Shown here one piece after another: positions 1 through 9,164 of a stretch of DNA of 32,000 nt (positions are counted from its first letter, which is position 1; the number at the start of each line of letters is the position of its first letter). The DNA comes from Dickeya dadantii NCPPB 898. Its GTDB lineage: Bacteria > Pseudomonadota > Gammaproteobacteria > Enterobacterales > Enterobacteriaceae. A program made the translations under genes and the position numbers. The stretch covers positions 43,186-75,185 of the forward strand of contig NZ_CM001976.1 in NCBI RefSeq assembly GCF_000406145.1, read 5' to 3'. Under the pieces are notes generated by a model, which saw nothing but the letters and a program-made list of their open reading frames with translations, did no database searches and was not told the DNA's origin.

Positions 1-1
1 G

Positions 2-598
2 CCGGGGGATCGGGTCAGCATCAGTCTGGCGGGATTGGGGATTCCCCGGCTGGACGCCGTGGTCTGGCGCGGTGCGGTGCGTGAAGCGATAACCGTCCCG
101 GCGACATCGCCCTTTGATGTTTTCAGTTGCTTGCAATGGAGCCGCGAGTGCCAGCCGCAGTTTCTGGCCCGACTGGTATGGATGAGCGGGCGCAACGGGT
201 TGTCGCTCAGCGGCATCAGCGAAGCCACCTGGCTGCGCCTGACACAGCGAGGCGCGCTGGTCGATGTGGTGTCCTGGCTGGCGCTTGAACCGGCGCAACT
301 GGCGGCGGCCGGTGATTTCGGCGAACAACAGGCGGAACGGATTCATCATCAGTTTCAGTTGGCGCGTCGCCAGCCGTTGCGAAACTGGTTGCTGGCGTTA
401 GGGTTACCGGTGCCATCCCGCGTCCGGCACGCGCTGGATGGCGCATCGCTCGAACAGTTGCAGCAGCGTTCCACGGCGGAATGGCAGCAGTTTTCCGGTA
501 TTGGCGTTCGTCGGGCGCAGCGCATTCGAGACTTTCTGCACCACCCTGATATCGTCAGGCAACTGGCATGGCTCAATGAACACGGCGTGAAATCATGA
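2..598 (+). CDS. ligB: NAD-dependent DNA ligase LigB, C-terminal part (5' end outside the window)
   Basis: The frame of ORF 35..598 stays open back to nt 2 (PGDRVSISLAGLGIPRLDAVVWRG...), so the TTG at 35 is not the true start. The C-terminal sequence resembles enterobacterial LigB. Stop codon at 596..598. Confidence 0.65.
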   Translation, partial: PGDRVSISLAGLGIPRLDAVVWRGAVREAITVPATSPFDVFSCLQWSRECQPQFLARLVWMSGRNGLSLSGISEATWLRLTQRGALVDVVSWLALEPAQLAAAGDFGEQQAERIHHQFQLARRQPLRNWLLALGLPVPSRVRHALDGASLEQLQQRSTAEWQQFSGIGVRRAQRIRDFLHHPDIVRQLAWLNEHGVKS

Positions 599-902
599 CG
601 GGAATAATTGGTCTGACGGGAAATATGAATATTCTTTATGTAATAACCAGAGTGATGAATTAAACGGAAAAAATAGTCAAAATAACAAGCAGGAAAATAG
701 CAATAATCCGGAAAACCAGTTCGGCTGGTATTTAAAAGAAAAGGGTATCTAAAAACGTTTCTGTCTTGTTTTTCCGTGCGATTCACTTATTAGCCGAAAA
801 GATAAGCTGATTGTTTATAAGGGCGTTAAACTGCCGGCGTAAGGTTTTTTCAGGAAAAGGGCGAATGGCATAAGAAAAAACCGGAATACGCTGATGGCAC
901 CT

Positions 903-929
903 GAACTTTCGAACATATCATCGGTCTGT
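903..929 (+). promoter_or_regulatory. Candidate sigma-E (RpoE) promoter of eptB
   Basis: GAACTT (903..908), a 16-nt spacer, then TCTGT (925..929). This closely resembles E. coli rpoH P3 (GAACTT-N16-TCTGA, including the CGG immediately before TCTG). It lies 37 nt upstream of the ATG at 966. Confidence 0.45.
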
Positions 930-965
930 TTACAGGATATTTTTACCTCTGGAGCACGGTCTGTA

Positions 966-2648
966 ATGAAATCCCTGCTGGCGTTGTCACAATCTACATT
1001 GTCCTGGTTGCTGGCAATCTATATTGGCTTTTTTTTGAATCTGCCGGTTTTTTACCGGCGTGTAGATGCATTCCCGTTTTTTACTGAGAATCCGGTCGCC
1101 AAATATATTCCCCTGCTGGTGGAATCAATGGCTTGCATTCTGTTTACCTTTTTCCTGATGCGGCTTTTGTCGCTCGGCGGTCGCCGTTTTTTTCGTGTTA
1201 TGGCCTCATTGCTGGTATTAATTTCAGTGGCCGCCAGTTACTACATGACTTTTTTTAATGTCGTGATTGGCTATGGCATTATCGCCGCGGTAATGACCAC
1301 GGATATTGATTTATCCAAAGAAGTGGTCGGCCTGTTTTTTGTGCTGTGGGTAGTGGCGCTTAGTCTTCCGCCAGTGTTTCTCATTTGGAAAAACCGCCTG
1401 CAGCAAACGCTGATTGAACAATTGCGTACTTCCGGACGTCGGCGTATCGCGCTGTTGGGGCTGGTGGCGTCTGCTGCACTGGTATGGTTGCCGCTACGCT
1501 ATCTGGCTCAGATAAATACTTCGGCGGAGAAACTGTCTAATCAGGATTTGCCGAGTTACGGCGGGGTGGTGGCGCATTCTTATTTACCGGCCAACTGGTT
1601 ATCGGCATTCGGTTTGTTTGCCTATGCCCGTTATGATGAAAATCAGGATGACGACGAGCTGATTGACCCCAGCAAGCAGTTTACCTATCAGGCGCCGCCG
1701 GGCATTGACGACACTTACGTCGTCTTCATCATCGGCGAAACCACCCGCTGGGACCATATGGGGCTGCTGGGCTACGAGCGTGATACCACGCCGCAACTGG
1801 CGAAGGAAAAGAATTTGCTGGCGTTTCGCGGCCATTCCTGCGACACCTCCACCAAACTGTCGATGCGTTGCATGTTCGTGCGGGAGGGCGGCACCTCCGA
1901 TAATCCGCAACGAACGCTGCGGGAAAAAAATATCTTTGCCGTCATGAAGTCGCTGGGGTTTTCGTCTGAACTGTTCGCGATGCAGAGCGAGGTCTGGTTC
2001 TATAACAACATTCAGGCCGACAATTACGCCTTTCGTGAAATGATTGCCTCGGAAAAGCGCAACGAGGGCAAAGCGGTGGACGACATGCTGCTGGTCGACG
2101 AAATGTCGCAGTCGCTGATGCGTTACCCTAACGGCAAGCACCTGGTGGTGCTGCACACCAAAGGCTCCCATTACCTGTATTCGATGCGCTATCCGCGCAG
2201 CTATGCCCGTTATCAGCCGGAGTGTATGGGCGTGGACGCTTCCTGTTCCCGTGAACAGTTGATCAATGCCTTCGATAACAGCGTGTTGTATACCGATGCC
2301 GTCATCAAGCGAGTCATTGACCAACTGCGCGACAAGAAGGCGCTGCTGGTGTATTCCTCCGATCACGGTGAATCGATCGACGACAACTACCATTTGCATG
2401 GCACGCCGCGCCAGATGGCGCCGCCGGAGCAGTTCCGTTCGCCGATTATGCTGTGGGCTTCGGACAAATATCTGGCACAGCCGCGTAATCAACAGGCGTT
2501 TGAGCAACTGCGGGCGCAGCAGCAGCAAGGAAAGGTGCTGCGTCATGAGGAGATTTTCGACTCCATGCTGGGGTGTCTGGGATATACCTCGCCGGATGGC
2601 GGCATTCAGGAGAAAAATAACTGGTGCAATATGCCGGGGCGCGGATAA
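966..2648 (+). CDS. eptB: Kdo2-lipid A phosphoethanolamine transferase EptB (sulfatase-family inner-membrane enzyme)
   Basis: The 560-aa product from ATG 966 (MKSLLALSQSTLSWLLAIYIGFF...) is colinear with E. coli EptB as I recall it (GYGIIA.VMTTDIDLSKEVVGL, YVVFIIGETTRWDHMG, HTKGSH, DHGES, GCLGYTSPDGGI). The 894 start in the ORF track is an upstream extension that would contain the promoter. eptB is also adjacent to proK in E. coli. Confidence 0.9.
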   Translation: MKSLLALSQSTLSWLLAIYIGFFLNLPVFYRRVDAFPFFTENPVAKYIPLLVESMACILFTFFLMRLLSLGGRRFFRVMASLLVLISVAASYYMTFFNVVIGYGIIAAVMTTDIDLSKEVVGLFFVLWVVALSLPPVFLIWKNRLQQTLIEQLRTSGRRRIALLGLVASAALVWLPLRYLAQINTSAEKLSNQDLPSYGGVVAHSYLPANWLSAFGLFAYARYDENQDDDELIDPSKQFTYQAPPGIDDTYVVFIIGETTRWDHMGLLGYERDTTPQLAKEKNLLAFRGHSCDTSTKLSMRCMFVREGGTSDNPQRTLREKNIFAVMKSLGFSSELFAMQSEVWFYNNIQADNYAFREMIASEKRNEGKAVDDMLLVDEMSQSLMRYPNGKHLVVLHTKGSHYLYSMRYPRSYARYQPECMGVDASCSREQLINAFDNSVLYTDAVIKRVIDQLRDKKALLVYSSDHGESIDDNYHLHGTPRQMAPPEQFRSPIMLWASDKYLAQPRNQQAFEQLRAQQQQGKVLRHEEIFDSMLGCLGYTSPDGGIQEKNNWCNMPGRG

Positions 2649-2730
2649 CGCCGTTGCTTGCTAGCGGGCTGGGACGGTGCGCATTCAGACGGCAATAGCG
2701 GTGTTTTTCCAACCCGTCGGACACTTTGTC

Positions 2731-2748
2731 GCCAACTTGTTGGCTTTT
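2731..2748 (+). terminator. Possible Rho-independent terminator after eptB
   Basis: Short hairpin gccaac/gttggc (2731..2744) followed by TTTT. Confidence 0.4.
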
Positions 2749-2760
2749 ATAAAAAAGGGA

Positions 2761-2789
2761 TTGACGCTATGTTAGGGGCGCAGTAATAT
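2761..2789 (+). promoter_or_regulatory. Sigma-70 promoter of proK (stable-RNA type)
   Basis: TTGACG (2761..2766), a 17-nt spacer, then TAATAT (2784..2789). An A-rich tract lies upstream and a GC-rich discriminator GCGCCCCGC lies just before the tRNA 5' end, as in stringently controlled tRNA promoters. Confidence 0.6.
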
Positions 2790-2801
2790 GCGCCCCGCAT
2801 T

Positions 2802-2878
<77 letters not shown>

Positions 2879-2915
2879 AATTTTAAAACGGTAAAACCCG
2901 GTTACCGTTAACATG

Positions 2916-2947
2916 AAACTCGCATCCTCTGGATAGCGAGTTTTTTT
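2916..2947 (+). terminator. Rho-independent terminator of proK
   Basis: Stem aaactcgc(atcc)/(ggat)a gcgagttt followed by a T7 run (2941..2947). Confidence 0.7.
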
Positions 2948-3309
2948 GTTTCCGCATTTCGATGTGGCGATTTTTTCGCCTTTCCCCCGGCTTTTTGGGC
3001 ATGTTGATGCCAAATCTTGCTTCAGGCCCTATTTCCCCGATATTTTGTCGCAGCGCGATGCTTTTTCGTTGTGAATGTTTTCCCTGTCTGACTCGCTAAT
3101 TTTTTGTTTCGTCTTATCTTTTTATTCACGATGAGTGATTTATCCCATCTTTTACCTTTTTTTACATTTAGGCGGGATGACGGTCAGTTTCATCATGAAA
3201 ATATTAGGGGTTTTAATCTGTGTGCGATGATAAAAGATGAAAAAAACAACACGGATAGGCGGTGCTTTCCCGCCAGGCAGAAGCACTGCGCACGGCGGGT
3301 GAGATCCCA

Positions 3310-3972
3310 TCAGTATTTCAGTTGCACCAACGCTTTTTCGGCTTCCGCGCGGCGGCCCAGATCGGCGATTTCGCGTCCCGGACGGGGCGCGGCGTTCTGT
3401 GCGGCGGTCAGGTATTGTCTGGCTTCGTTCTTGCGTCCCGCTTTCAGCAAAAAGTCGCCGTAAAAGAAGTTTGCATCAATACTGGCAGGATTGATTTTCA
3501 GCGCCATTTTCAGGTACTGCTCCGCTTTTTTCTCATCGCCAAACCCCAACGGCCAGCCCGGTACCTGATAATAGAGCACGCCAAGGATGGTGTAAGCCGC
3601 GCCATTCAGCGCATGCGGGTCAAGGGCGATGGCTTTTTCCAGCGTACTTTTGGCCTGTCCGGCCAGATTGAGCGCCTCCATGCCGTCTTTGACGCCCGCC
3701 CAACTGCTGTCGACCATCGCCGACCAAATCAGATAATCCGCGCGGTCAGGATGGCTTTCCGTCTGTTCCTGCGCCTGCTGGCTCAAGGCGGCGAAACACT
3801 CCTCTTTACGAGATGCCAGCGTCTTGTACTGGCAGACTGACCATTGCCGGTGGATATCCATCGACGTATCGCTGGCATGGCCCATGTTTACCGTCAGCAG
3901 CCCACCGAGCAGTAGCATTGCCGTTCGAAGAATCGTGTGTGAGCGAATAATCATGTGTGCCCGGAGAACCAT
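3310..3972 (-). CDS. Secreted tetratricopeptide-repeat (TPR) protein
   Basis: N-terminal signal-like segment (MLLLGGLLTVNMGHA). TPR-like helical repeats (EKAIALDP..., AEQYLKMALKINP..., ARQYLTAAQ). AGGGA RBS before ATG 3972. Last gene of a three-gene operon, 5 nt downstream of the SDR stop codon. Confidence 0.7.
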   Translation of the reverse strand: MVLRAHMIIRSHTILRTAMLLLGGLLTVNMGHASDTSMDIHRQWSVCQYKTLASRKEECFAALSQQAQEQTESHPDRADYLIWSAMVDSSWAGVKDGMEALNLAGQAKSTLEKAIALDPHALNGAAYTILGVLYYQVPGWPLGFGDEKKAEQYLKMALKINPASIDANFFYGDFLLKAGRKNEARQYLTAAQNAAPRPGREIADLGRRAEAEKALVQLKY

Positions 3973-3983
3973 ATGTGATTTCC

Positions 3984-4778
3984 CTATTTTTTCTGCGCCT
4001 TGGCATAATGCTGAATAGCGGCAAGCTGACGACGGATGGCATTATCCACCACGGCAGGCACCAGCGCATTAAGCCGCACGAATAGTTTTTCCGGCCAACC
4101 CAGCCAACGGCGCACGGTTTCCCGCTCCAGCGCATTGACTACCTGATCCGCCACCCAGGCCGGCTTGTCGCTGTGGTAGCCCAGCGCCTGGGTCAGAGCA
4201 TGGGTCTTCGGGGCGTTACGGCCGGCATCAATGGCTCTGGGAGCCAGATGCAGTACTTTAATCCCTTTCGATGACAATTCGCGATGCAGCGCTTCGCTGA
4301 ATCCGCGCAAGGCAAATTTGCTGGCGCAATAGGCGCTGTATCCTGGATAGCCGATCCCGTCCAGGGTAGAGCCGATGTTCATGATGATGCCGGGCTTGTT
4401 GATGCAATCGAGCAAGGAATGCGTCAGCAATATCGGTACTTCGGTATTCAGGGTGAGCTGCCGACGGATGACGTCGTGGCTCTGCTCTTCAAACAGGCCG
4501 AAGGTTGATGTGTCTATGTTGTTAATCAGCACATCCAGCCTGACGTTTTCCGGAAAACACTCCGCCAGCGCGTCGCGATCCTGTTCGTCGCAGAGGTCCG
4601 CCAGCAAAATATTGTGATGACCGGCGTCGGGTAATCGTTGCTGTAACGCCAGCAGCGCCTTTTCATTGCGACCGACCAGATACAGCCTGGCGCCTCTGGC
4701 GGCCAGCGACAATGCTAGTTCCTGGCCGGTGTTGCTGCTGGCGCCCGTTAGCAGGATACGTTTATTTTTTAGTTTCAT
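3984..4778 (-). CDS. Short-chain dehydrogenase/reductase (SDR) family oxidoreductase
   Basis: Start chosen at MKLKNKRILLTGASSNTGQELA (TGxxxxxG Rossmann motif). Catalytic YxxxK present (YCASKFAL). NNID motif present. The longer ORF to 4844 overlaps the upstream gene. Confidence 0.85.
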   Translation of the reverse strand: MKLKNKRILLTGASSNTGQELALSLAARGARLYLVGRNEKALLALQQRLPDAGHHNILLADLCDEQDRDALAECFPENVRLDVLINNIDTSTFGLFEEQSHDVIRRQLTLNTEVPILLTHSLLDCINKPGIIMNIGSTLDGIGYPGYSAYCASKFALRGFSEALHRELSSKGIKVLHLAPRAIDAGRNAPKTHALTQALGYHSDKPAWVADQVVNALERETVRRWLGWPEKLFVRLNALVPAVVDNAIRRQLAAIQHYAKAQKK

Positions 4779-4782
4779 GGCA

Positions 4783-5421
4783 TTAATGCTCCGTGAGGCT
4801 GCGCAGCATATCGCCATACAGCTGATAAACCACGTGAGCGGCATGAATAATCGCGGTCTGATCGGCCGAGTCGTTGATGTTGTCCATCAGCGCGGCAAAG
4901 ACGTTTGGGCATGGATCCTGCTCCTGCAGGCCGTTGATGGCGTTGACAGGCAGATCCTGCTCCGCGTCTATCTGCCTGATCATATCGGGCGCGATGTTGG
5001 CCTGGATACCTTCCAGTACGTGTATCAGGCCGAAGATGCTCATCGGGTTGTCGCGCTGGATCTGGTCATAGAGGTACGCCGCCATCAATTCAATCCACTG
5101 AGCGGCGGCGTTCTGGCCCAGCGTTTCCGTTTTGCCGCCACAGGCGCGAATCTTGTGAAGAATCGAGGCTTTGTGGTCGTATTCGGCATTAATGTACTCT
5201 TCAATGGCCTCACGCACCCACGCCTGATGCCGGGGAAGACGACCGCTCGCCGCCATCAACAGCGGTACGGTATAACTGACGTGGTGATAGGCCTGCGTCA
5301 GAAAGGCGATGTACATGTCCCCGGTGATGGTTCCCTGACGGCAGGCGTCAATAACCGGAGCGGACATCATCAGTTGTTGCGATGTTGATGTAGCGGATTG
5401 CAGTTGCTGGTAAAAGCTCAT
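4783..5421 (-). CDS. Heme-oxygenase-like fold (TenA/PqqC/CADD-type) iron-containing redox enzyme
   Basis: 212-aa all-helical protein with spaced His/Glu pairs (AYHHV, EAIEEYINAEYDH, IHVLEG, IIHAAH) of the kind seen in heme-oxygenase-like di-iron enzymes. Its stop codon is 4 nt upstream of the SDR start. Confidence 0.6.
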   Translation of the reverse strand: MSFYQQLQSATSTSQQLMMSAPVIDACRQGTITGDMYIAFLTQAYHHVSYTVPLLMAASGRLPRHQAWVREAIEEYINAEYDHKASILHKIRACGGKTETLGQNAAAQWIELMAAYLYDQIQRDNPMSIFGLIHVLEGIQANIAPDMIRQIDAEQDLPVNAINGLQEQDPCPNVFAALMDNINDSADQTAIIHAAHVVYQLYGDMLRSLTEH

Positions 5422-5670
5422 GTCTTACTCCTGAATGGCGCGTTGACAGTCGGGGTCGCCTCTGGGTGCGATGGTGTCATGCTAGCGAGGGAGCATTAAG
5501 AGAGACTTAAGACGGTTGAAAAATCACCTTAATATCGGTGTGCTATTTTAATTTTTTGATAAATAATGAAATTTATAATTACCGTTTGTAGCGATGGCAT
5601 GTATCGGCGTCGGAATCCGGTATCGGTATAGTAAGTCGCCTGATAAATCACGAAGGGACGGAGAAACGGC

Positions 5671-6849
5671 ATGTCGACATCGCGCCGCGCGCATCAACTG
5701 GCAATTTTGGTCGTGATGATCAGCGCCTCGCTGGTGGGGTTGGTTCAGGGGTATTCCATCCCGCTGGTGACGCTGAAACTGACCGCGCTGGGCTACGGCT
5801 CCGCGCTGACCGGCATGATGTCCGCGTTGCCGGCGATTGGCGTATTCGTCTCTTCTTGGGTAGCGGCGCCTGTGGCGATGCGCTTGCCGGTGGGCCGCCT
5901 GCTGGCGCTGTCGACATGGGGCATGGGCGTCAGCCTGACGCTGTCGTTTTACCTCGACAATGTGGCGCTGCTGGCAGCGCCGCGTTTTCTGATGGGATTT
6001 TGCTGCGGGCTGATTATCGTCATCGGCGAGTCCTGGGTCAGCGGCCACACCGCCGAGCATCGCCGGGGCGTGCTGGTGGGGTTGTACGCTACCGCGTTCA
6101 CCGGCCTGCAACTGCTGGGGCCGCTGCTGATTTCCCTCACCGGGCTGGACGATCCGACCGGGCTGTTGCTGATTTTGGCGCTGCATGGCGTATGCCTGCT
6201 GATGGTGCCCGGCTCGTCGTTTTCCGGACTGGCGCTGAGCGCCCATCGGCAACATAACCTGTTTTCGCTGTTGCTGGCCGCGCCGGCGTTGGCGGCGGCG
6301 GTGTTTGCGTTCGCTTTTTTCGACGGCGCGGTGCTGTCGATGCTGCCGCTGTACGGCATGGCGCACGGCTACGAGGAACAGCTGGCGGTGCTGCTGGTGA
6401 CGGTGTTGTTTATCGGCGATGCGCTGTTGCAGGTGCCGCTGGGTTGGGTTTCCGACAAGCTGGGCACCGTGCGGGTGCATCTGGCCTGCGGAGGGCTGTT
6501 CGTGCTGATGCTGGCCGGCCTGCCGTTCAGCTACGGCACCGGCTGGGTGTGGGCGAATGTCTTTTTGCTGGGCGCGGTGGCGGGCAGTATTTACACCCTG
6601 GCGCTGGTGCGCGCGGGCAAGCAGTTCAGCGGCGTCAATCTGGTGGCGATCAACGCCTTGTTCGGCGTTTTATGGGGCGTCGGCAGTTTCAGCGGTCCAC
6701 TGGTGAGCGGTTCGTTGATGCAGTGGTACGGGCGTGACGGGTTAATCGCCGTTTTGGGGTTGCTGGGGCTGCTGTTTCTGGCGGCCAACGCGCTTGCGGC
6801 AACGCAGCGGAATGCTGCCGGGCAGACGGACCCGGAACTGGCGGAATAG
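5671..6849 (+). CDS. MFS transporter
   Basis: 392 aa with about 12 hydrophobic segments. GGAGA RBS before ATG 5671. Divergent from the 3310..5421 operon. Confidence 0.85.
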   Translation: MSTSRRAHQLAILVVMISASLVGLVQGYSIPLVTLKLTALGYGSALTGMMSALPAIGVFVSSWVAAPVAMRLPVGRLLALSTWGMGVSLTLSFYLDNVALLAAPRFLMGFCCGLIIVIGESWVSGHTAEHRRGVLVGLYATAFTGLQLLGPLLISLTGLDDPTGLLLILALHGVCLLMVPGSSFSGLALSAHRQHNLFSLLLAAPALAAAVFAFAFFDGAVLSMLPLYGMAHGYEEQLAVLLVTVLFIGDALLQVPLGWVSDKLGTVRVHLACGGLFVLMLAGLPFSYGTGWVWANVFLLGAVAGSIYTLALVRAGKQFSGVNLVAINALFGVLWGVGSFSGPLVSGSLMQWYGRDGLIAVLGLLGLLFLAANALAATQRNAAGQTDPELAE

Positions 6850-6891
6850 CCCGACCGGCATGTTTGGGGTGGTGGGTCACCGGAGGAGCAA

Positions 6892-7782
6892 ATGGATCGT
6901 CTGGCAACGCTGGAAACGTTTATCTGTGTTTATGAGTGCGGGTCCTTTTCCGCTGCGTCGCGCCGTTTGGGCATCGGGCAACCGGCGATCTCCAAAGCCA
7001 TCATGCAGCTTGAGCAACAGCTGGCGGTCAAACTGCTGCTGCGCTCCACCCGTGGGTTAACGCCCACCGAGGCCGGGCAGCGGTTTTACGAGCAGGTCGC
7101 TCCGGCGTTGCAGCAATTGCATGAAGCGCAGGACGGGGTGCGCGGCGGCAACGGCGAGCTGAGCGGCTATTTGCGGGTGTCGGCGCCGGTGACCTTCGCC
7201 CGGCTGCATGTGCTGCCCCGTTTGCATGTGTTTATGTCGCAGCATCCGCAACTGAAGGTGGACATCATTCTGGATGACCGCCCGGTGGATCTGATCGCCG
7301 AAGGCATTGATGTGGCGTTGCGGCTGGGCGAGATGAAAGATTCCGGGTTGACTGCCAGGAAGATCGGCTCGGCGCCGATGCGGTTGCTGGCCACGCCGGC
7401 GTATTTCGCCGCCCGCGGCACACCGGCCTCGCCCGAGGCGCTGGAAGACCATGACGCGGTGATCTACCTGCAGACCGATGCGCCGGGCAACTGGCTGTTT
7501 TGTCGGGATGACCGGCAATGCCGGGTTACGCTGTCGGGACGCATCCGCACCAGCGCGGCGGAAGGGGTGCGGGAAGCGGTGCTGGTGGGCAACGGCCTGA
7601 CGGTGGCGTCGGCGTGGATGTTTGCGCCGGAGCTGGCGAGCGGTGCGGTGACGACGGCGCTGGCCGACTGGCATATCGGCGTGATGGATCTGTGGGCGGT
7701 TTACCCCGGCGGCCGGTTAACGTCGGCCCGCGCCCGGGCGTTTACCGAATTTGTGGCTCAGCACCTGTCTGTGCCGGCCTGA
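6892..7782 (+). CDS. LysR-family transcriptional regulator
   Basis: N-terminal wHTH (FSAASRRLGIGQPAISKAIMQLEQQLAVKLLLRSTRGLTPTEAG) plus a typical LTTR effector domain. GGAGGAG RBS. Confidence 0.9.
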   Translation: MDRLATLETFICVYECGSFSAASRRLGIGQPAISKAIMQLEQQLAVKLLLRSTRGLTPTEAGQRFYEQVAPALQQLHEAQDGVRGGNGELSGYLRVSAPVTFARLHVLPRLHVFMSQHPQLKVDIILDDRPVDLIAEGIDVALRLGEMKDSGLTARKIGSAPMRLLATPAYFAARGTPASPEALEDHDAVIYLQTDAPGNWLFCRDDRQCRVTLSGRIRTSAAEGVREAVLVGNGLTVASAWMFAPELASGAVTTALADWHIGVMDLWAVYPGGRLTSARARAFTEFVAQHLSVPA

Positions 7783-7796
7783 CCCTTCTCTCATCC

Positions 7797-7811
7797 ATTC
7801 CATTATGGAAT
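7797..7811. promoter_or_regulatory. Perfect 15-bp palindrome ATTCCATTATGGAAT (T-N11-A, LTTR-box-like)
   Basis: Read directly from the sequence. Lies between the LysR gene stop (7782) and the next MFS gene start (7951). Confidence 0.35.
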
Positions 7812-7950
7812 AAATATTATGGCTGATGGCGCTCTTCTGCGGTGAAGTCGCTTTGCCTATGCTGAACCCGTCCCCCACGTCGTGCCGTGTGATGGTGCTT
7901 CCGGCCTGAGGGGAACACCACCTTCAGACAGGCAACCACGGAGAATGACC

Positions 7951-9120
7951 ATGAGCACGTTATCTTACAGCGATGACACCGTACGGACGGGTAAACCGCT
8001 GATTTTTGCCATGGCGGCCGCCAGCGGTGTGGCAGTCGCCAATATCTATTACAACCAGCCGATGCTCGGCCTGATGACCGCCAGCTTTCCCGGCAGCGGC
8101 GCGACATCTATGATCCCCACCGCCACCCAGCTCGGCTATGCGCTGGGGTTACTGATGCTGGTGCCGCTGGGCGACAAATTCGAGCGGCGGCAGCTGATCG
8201 TCTGGCAATTTTTGTTGCTGGCGCTGGCCTCGGTATTGGCGGCGTTAGCGCCATCGGCGCCGGTGCTGCTGGTGGCGTCGGTATTGATTGGCGTCGGCGC
8301 GACGGTGGCGCAGCAGATTGTGCCGGTAGCGGCGACGGTGGCGAGTGAAGGCCAGCGCGGCGCGGTGGTCGGCACCGTGATGAGCGGGCTGCTGAGCGGC
8401 ATTCTGCTCAGCCGGACGTTGGCCGGACTGGTGGCGGACGCCGCCGGCTGGCGCGCCATGTTCTGGCTGAGCGTGCCGCTGGCGCTGGCGGGCGCGGCGC
8501 TGATGGGGCGTATGCTGCCGGTGTTGCCGCCGTCATCGGCGCTGTCCTGGCGTTCGCTGATGCGTTCACTGCTGACGCTGTGGCGCGCGGAACCGGCATT
8601 GCGTCGCGCCACCTGGATTCAGGGTGCGCTGTTCGCGTCGTTTAGCGCATTCTGGAGCATTCTGGCGTTGTACCTCGCCAGCGGCAGTCATCCGCTGGGG
8701 GCGGCGGCGGCCGGGCTGTTCGGCGTGATTGGCGTGGCGGGTATTACCGCGGCGCCGGTGGCCGGACGTCTGGCGGACCGCATCGGCAGCCGACCGGTGA
8801 TTCTGCTGGGGGCATTGCTGACGTTGCTGGCGTGGGGTGTGTTCGGCCTTTGGGGCGCGGTGGCGGGCCTGATTGTCGGGGTGATACTGCTGGATCTTGG
8901 GGTGCAGAGCGCGTTGATCGCTCACCAACATGTGATTTACGGCTTGCAGCCGACGGCGCGCGGGCGCATCAATACGCTGTTCATGGGCGGCATGTTCCTC
9001 GGCGGGGCGCTGGGTTCCAGCGGCGCGATGGCGGCCTGGCAGGCGGGCGGCTGGATGCCGGTAACGCTGTTTGCCGGCGGCGTGACCCTGCTGGCGCTGC
9101 TGGCGGCCAGCCGTCGCTAA
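7951..9120 (+). CDS. MFS transporter
   Basis: Start chosen at the second ATG of MTMSTL, which has GGAG 7 nt upstream. Multi-pass hydrophobic protein. The 7882 start of the ORF track is an unlikely extension. Confidence 0.85.
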   Translation: MSTLSYSDDTVRTGKPLIFAMAAASGVAVANIYYNQPMLGLMTASFPGSGATSMIPTATQLGYALGLLMLVPLGDKFERRQLIVWQFLLLALASVLAALAPSAPVLLVASVLIGVGATVAQQIVPVAATVASEGQRGAVVGTVMSGLLSGILLSRTLAGLVADAAGWRAMFWLSVPLALAGAALMGRMLPVLPPSSALSWRSLMRSLLTLWRAEPALRRATWIQGALFASFSAFWSILALYLASGSHPLGAAAAGLFGVIGVAGITAAPVAGRLADRIGSRPVILLGALLTLLAWGVFGLWGAVAGLIVGVILLDLGVQSALIAHQHVIYGLQPTARGRINTLFMGGMFLGGALGSSGAMAAWQAGGWMPVTLFAGGVTLLALLAASRR

Positions 9121-9143
9121 TCACGGGCGGGGCTCGCCCGTGA
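9121..9143. terminator. Hairpin between convergent genes (possible bidirectional terminator)
   Basis: tcacgggcg-gggct-cgcccgtga, a 9-bp stem. It begins immediately after the MFS stop codon and lies 22 nt from the phytase stop codon. Confidence 0.5.
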
Positions 9144-9164
9144 CGGCCGTGTTTAGGGTAAATG

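Noticed and set aside
625-663. 12-codon mini-ORF (MNILYVITRVMN) in the ligB-eptB spacer as a leader peptide
   Set aside because: The RBS spacing is poor, and neither an attenuator structure nor conservation evidence is available from the sequence alone.
894-965. N-terminal extension of eptB from the ORF track
   Set aside because: The extension contains the sigma-E-like promoter. The homolog N-terminus aligns with the ATG at 966.
5548-6480. 310-aa minus-strand ORF rich in Arg/Gln/His
   Set aside because: It lies antisense to a well-supported MFS gene and has a low-complexity composition typical of shadow ORFs in GC-rich coding DNA. The same reasoning applies to 1599..2546, 7057..7674, 8136..8612, 12444..13457, 13840..15210, 15713..16582, 21931..23265, 23130..23945, 26400..27278 and 30678..31253.
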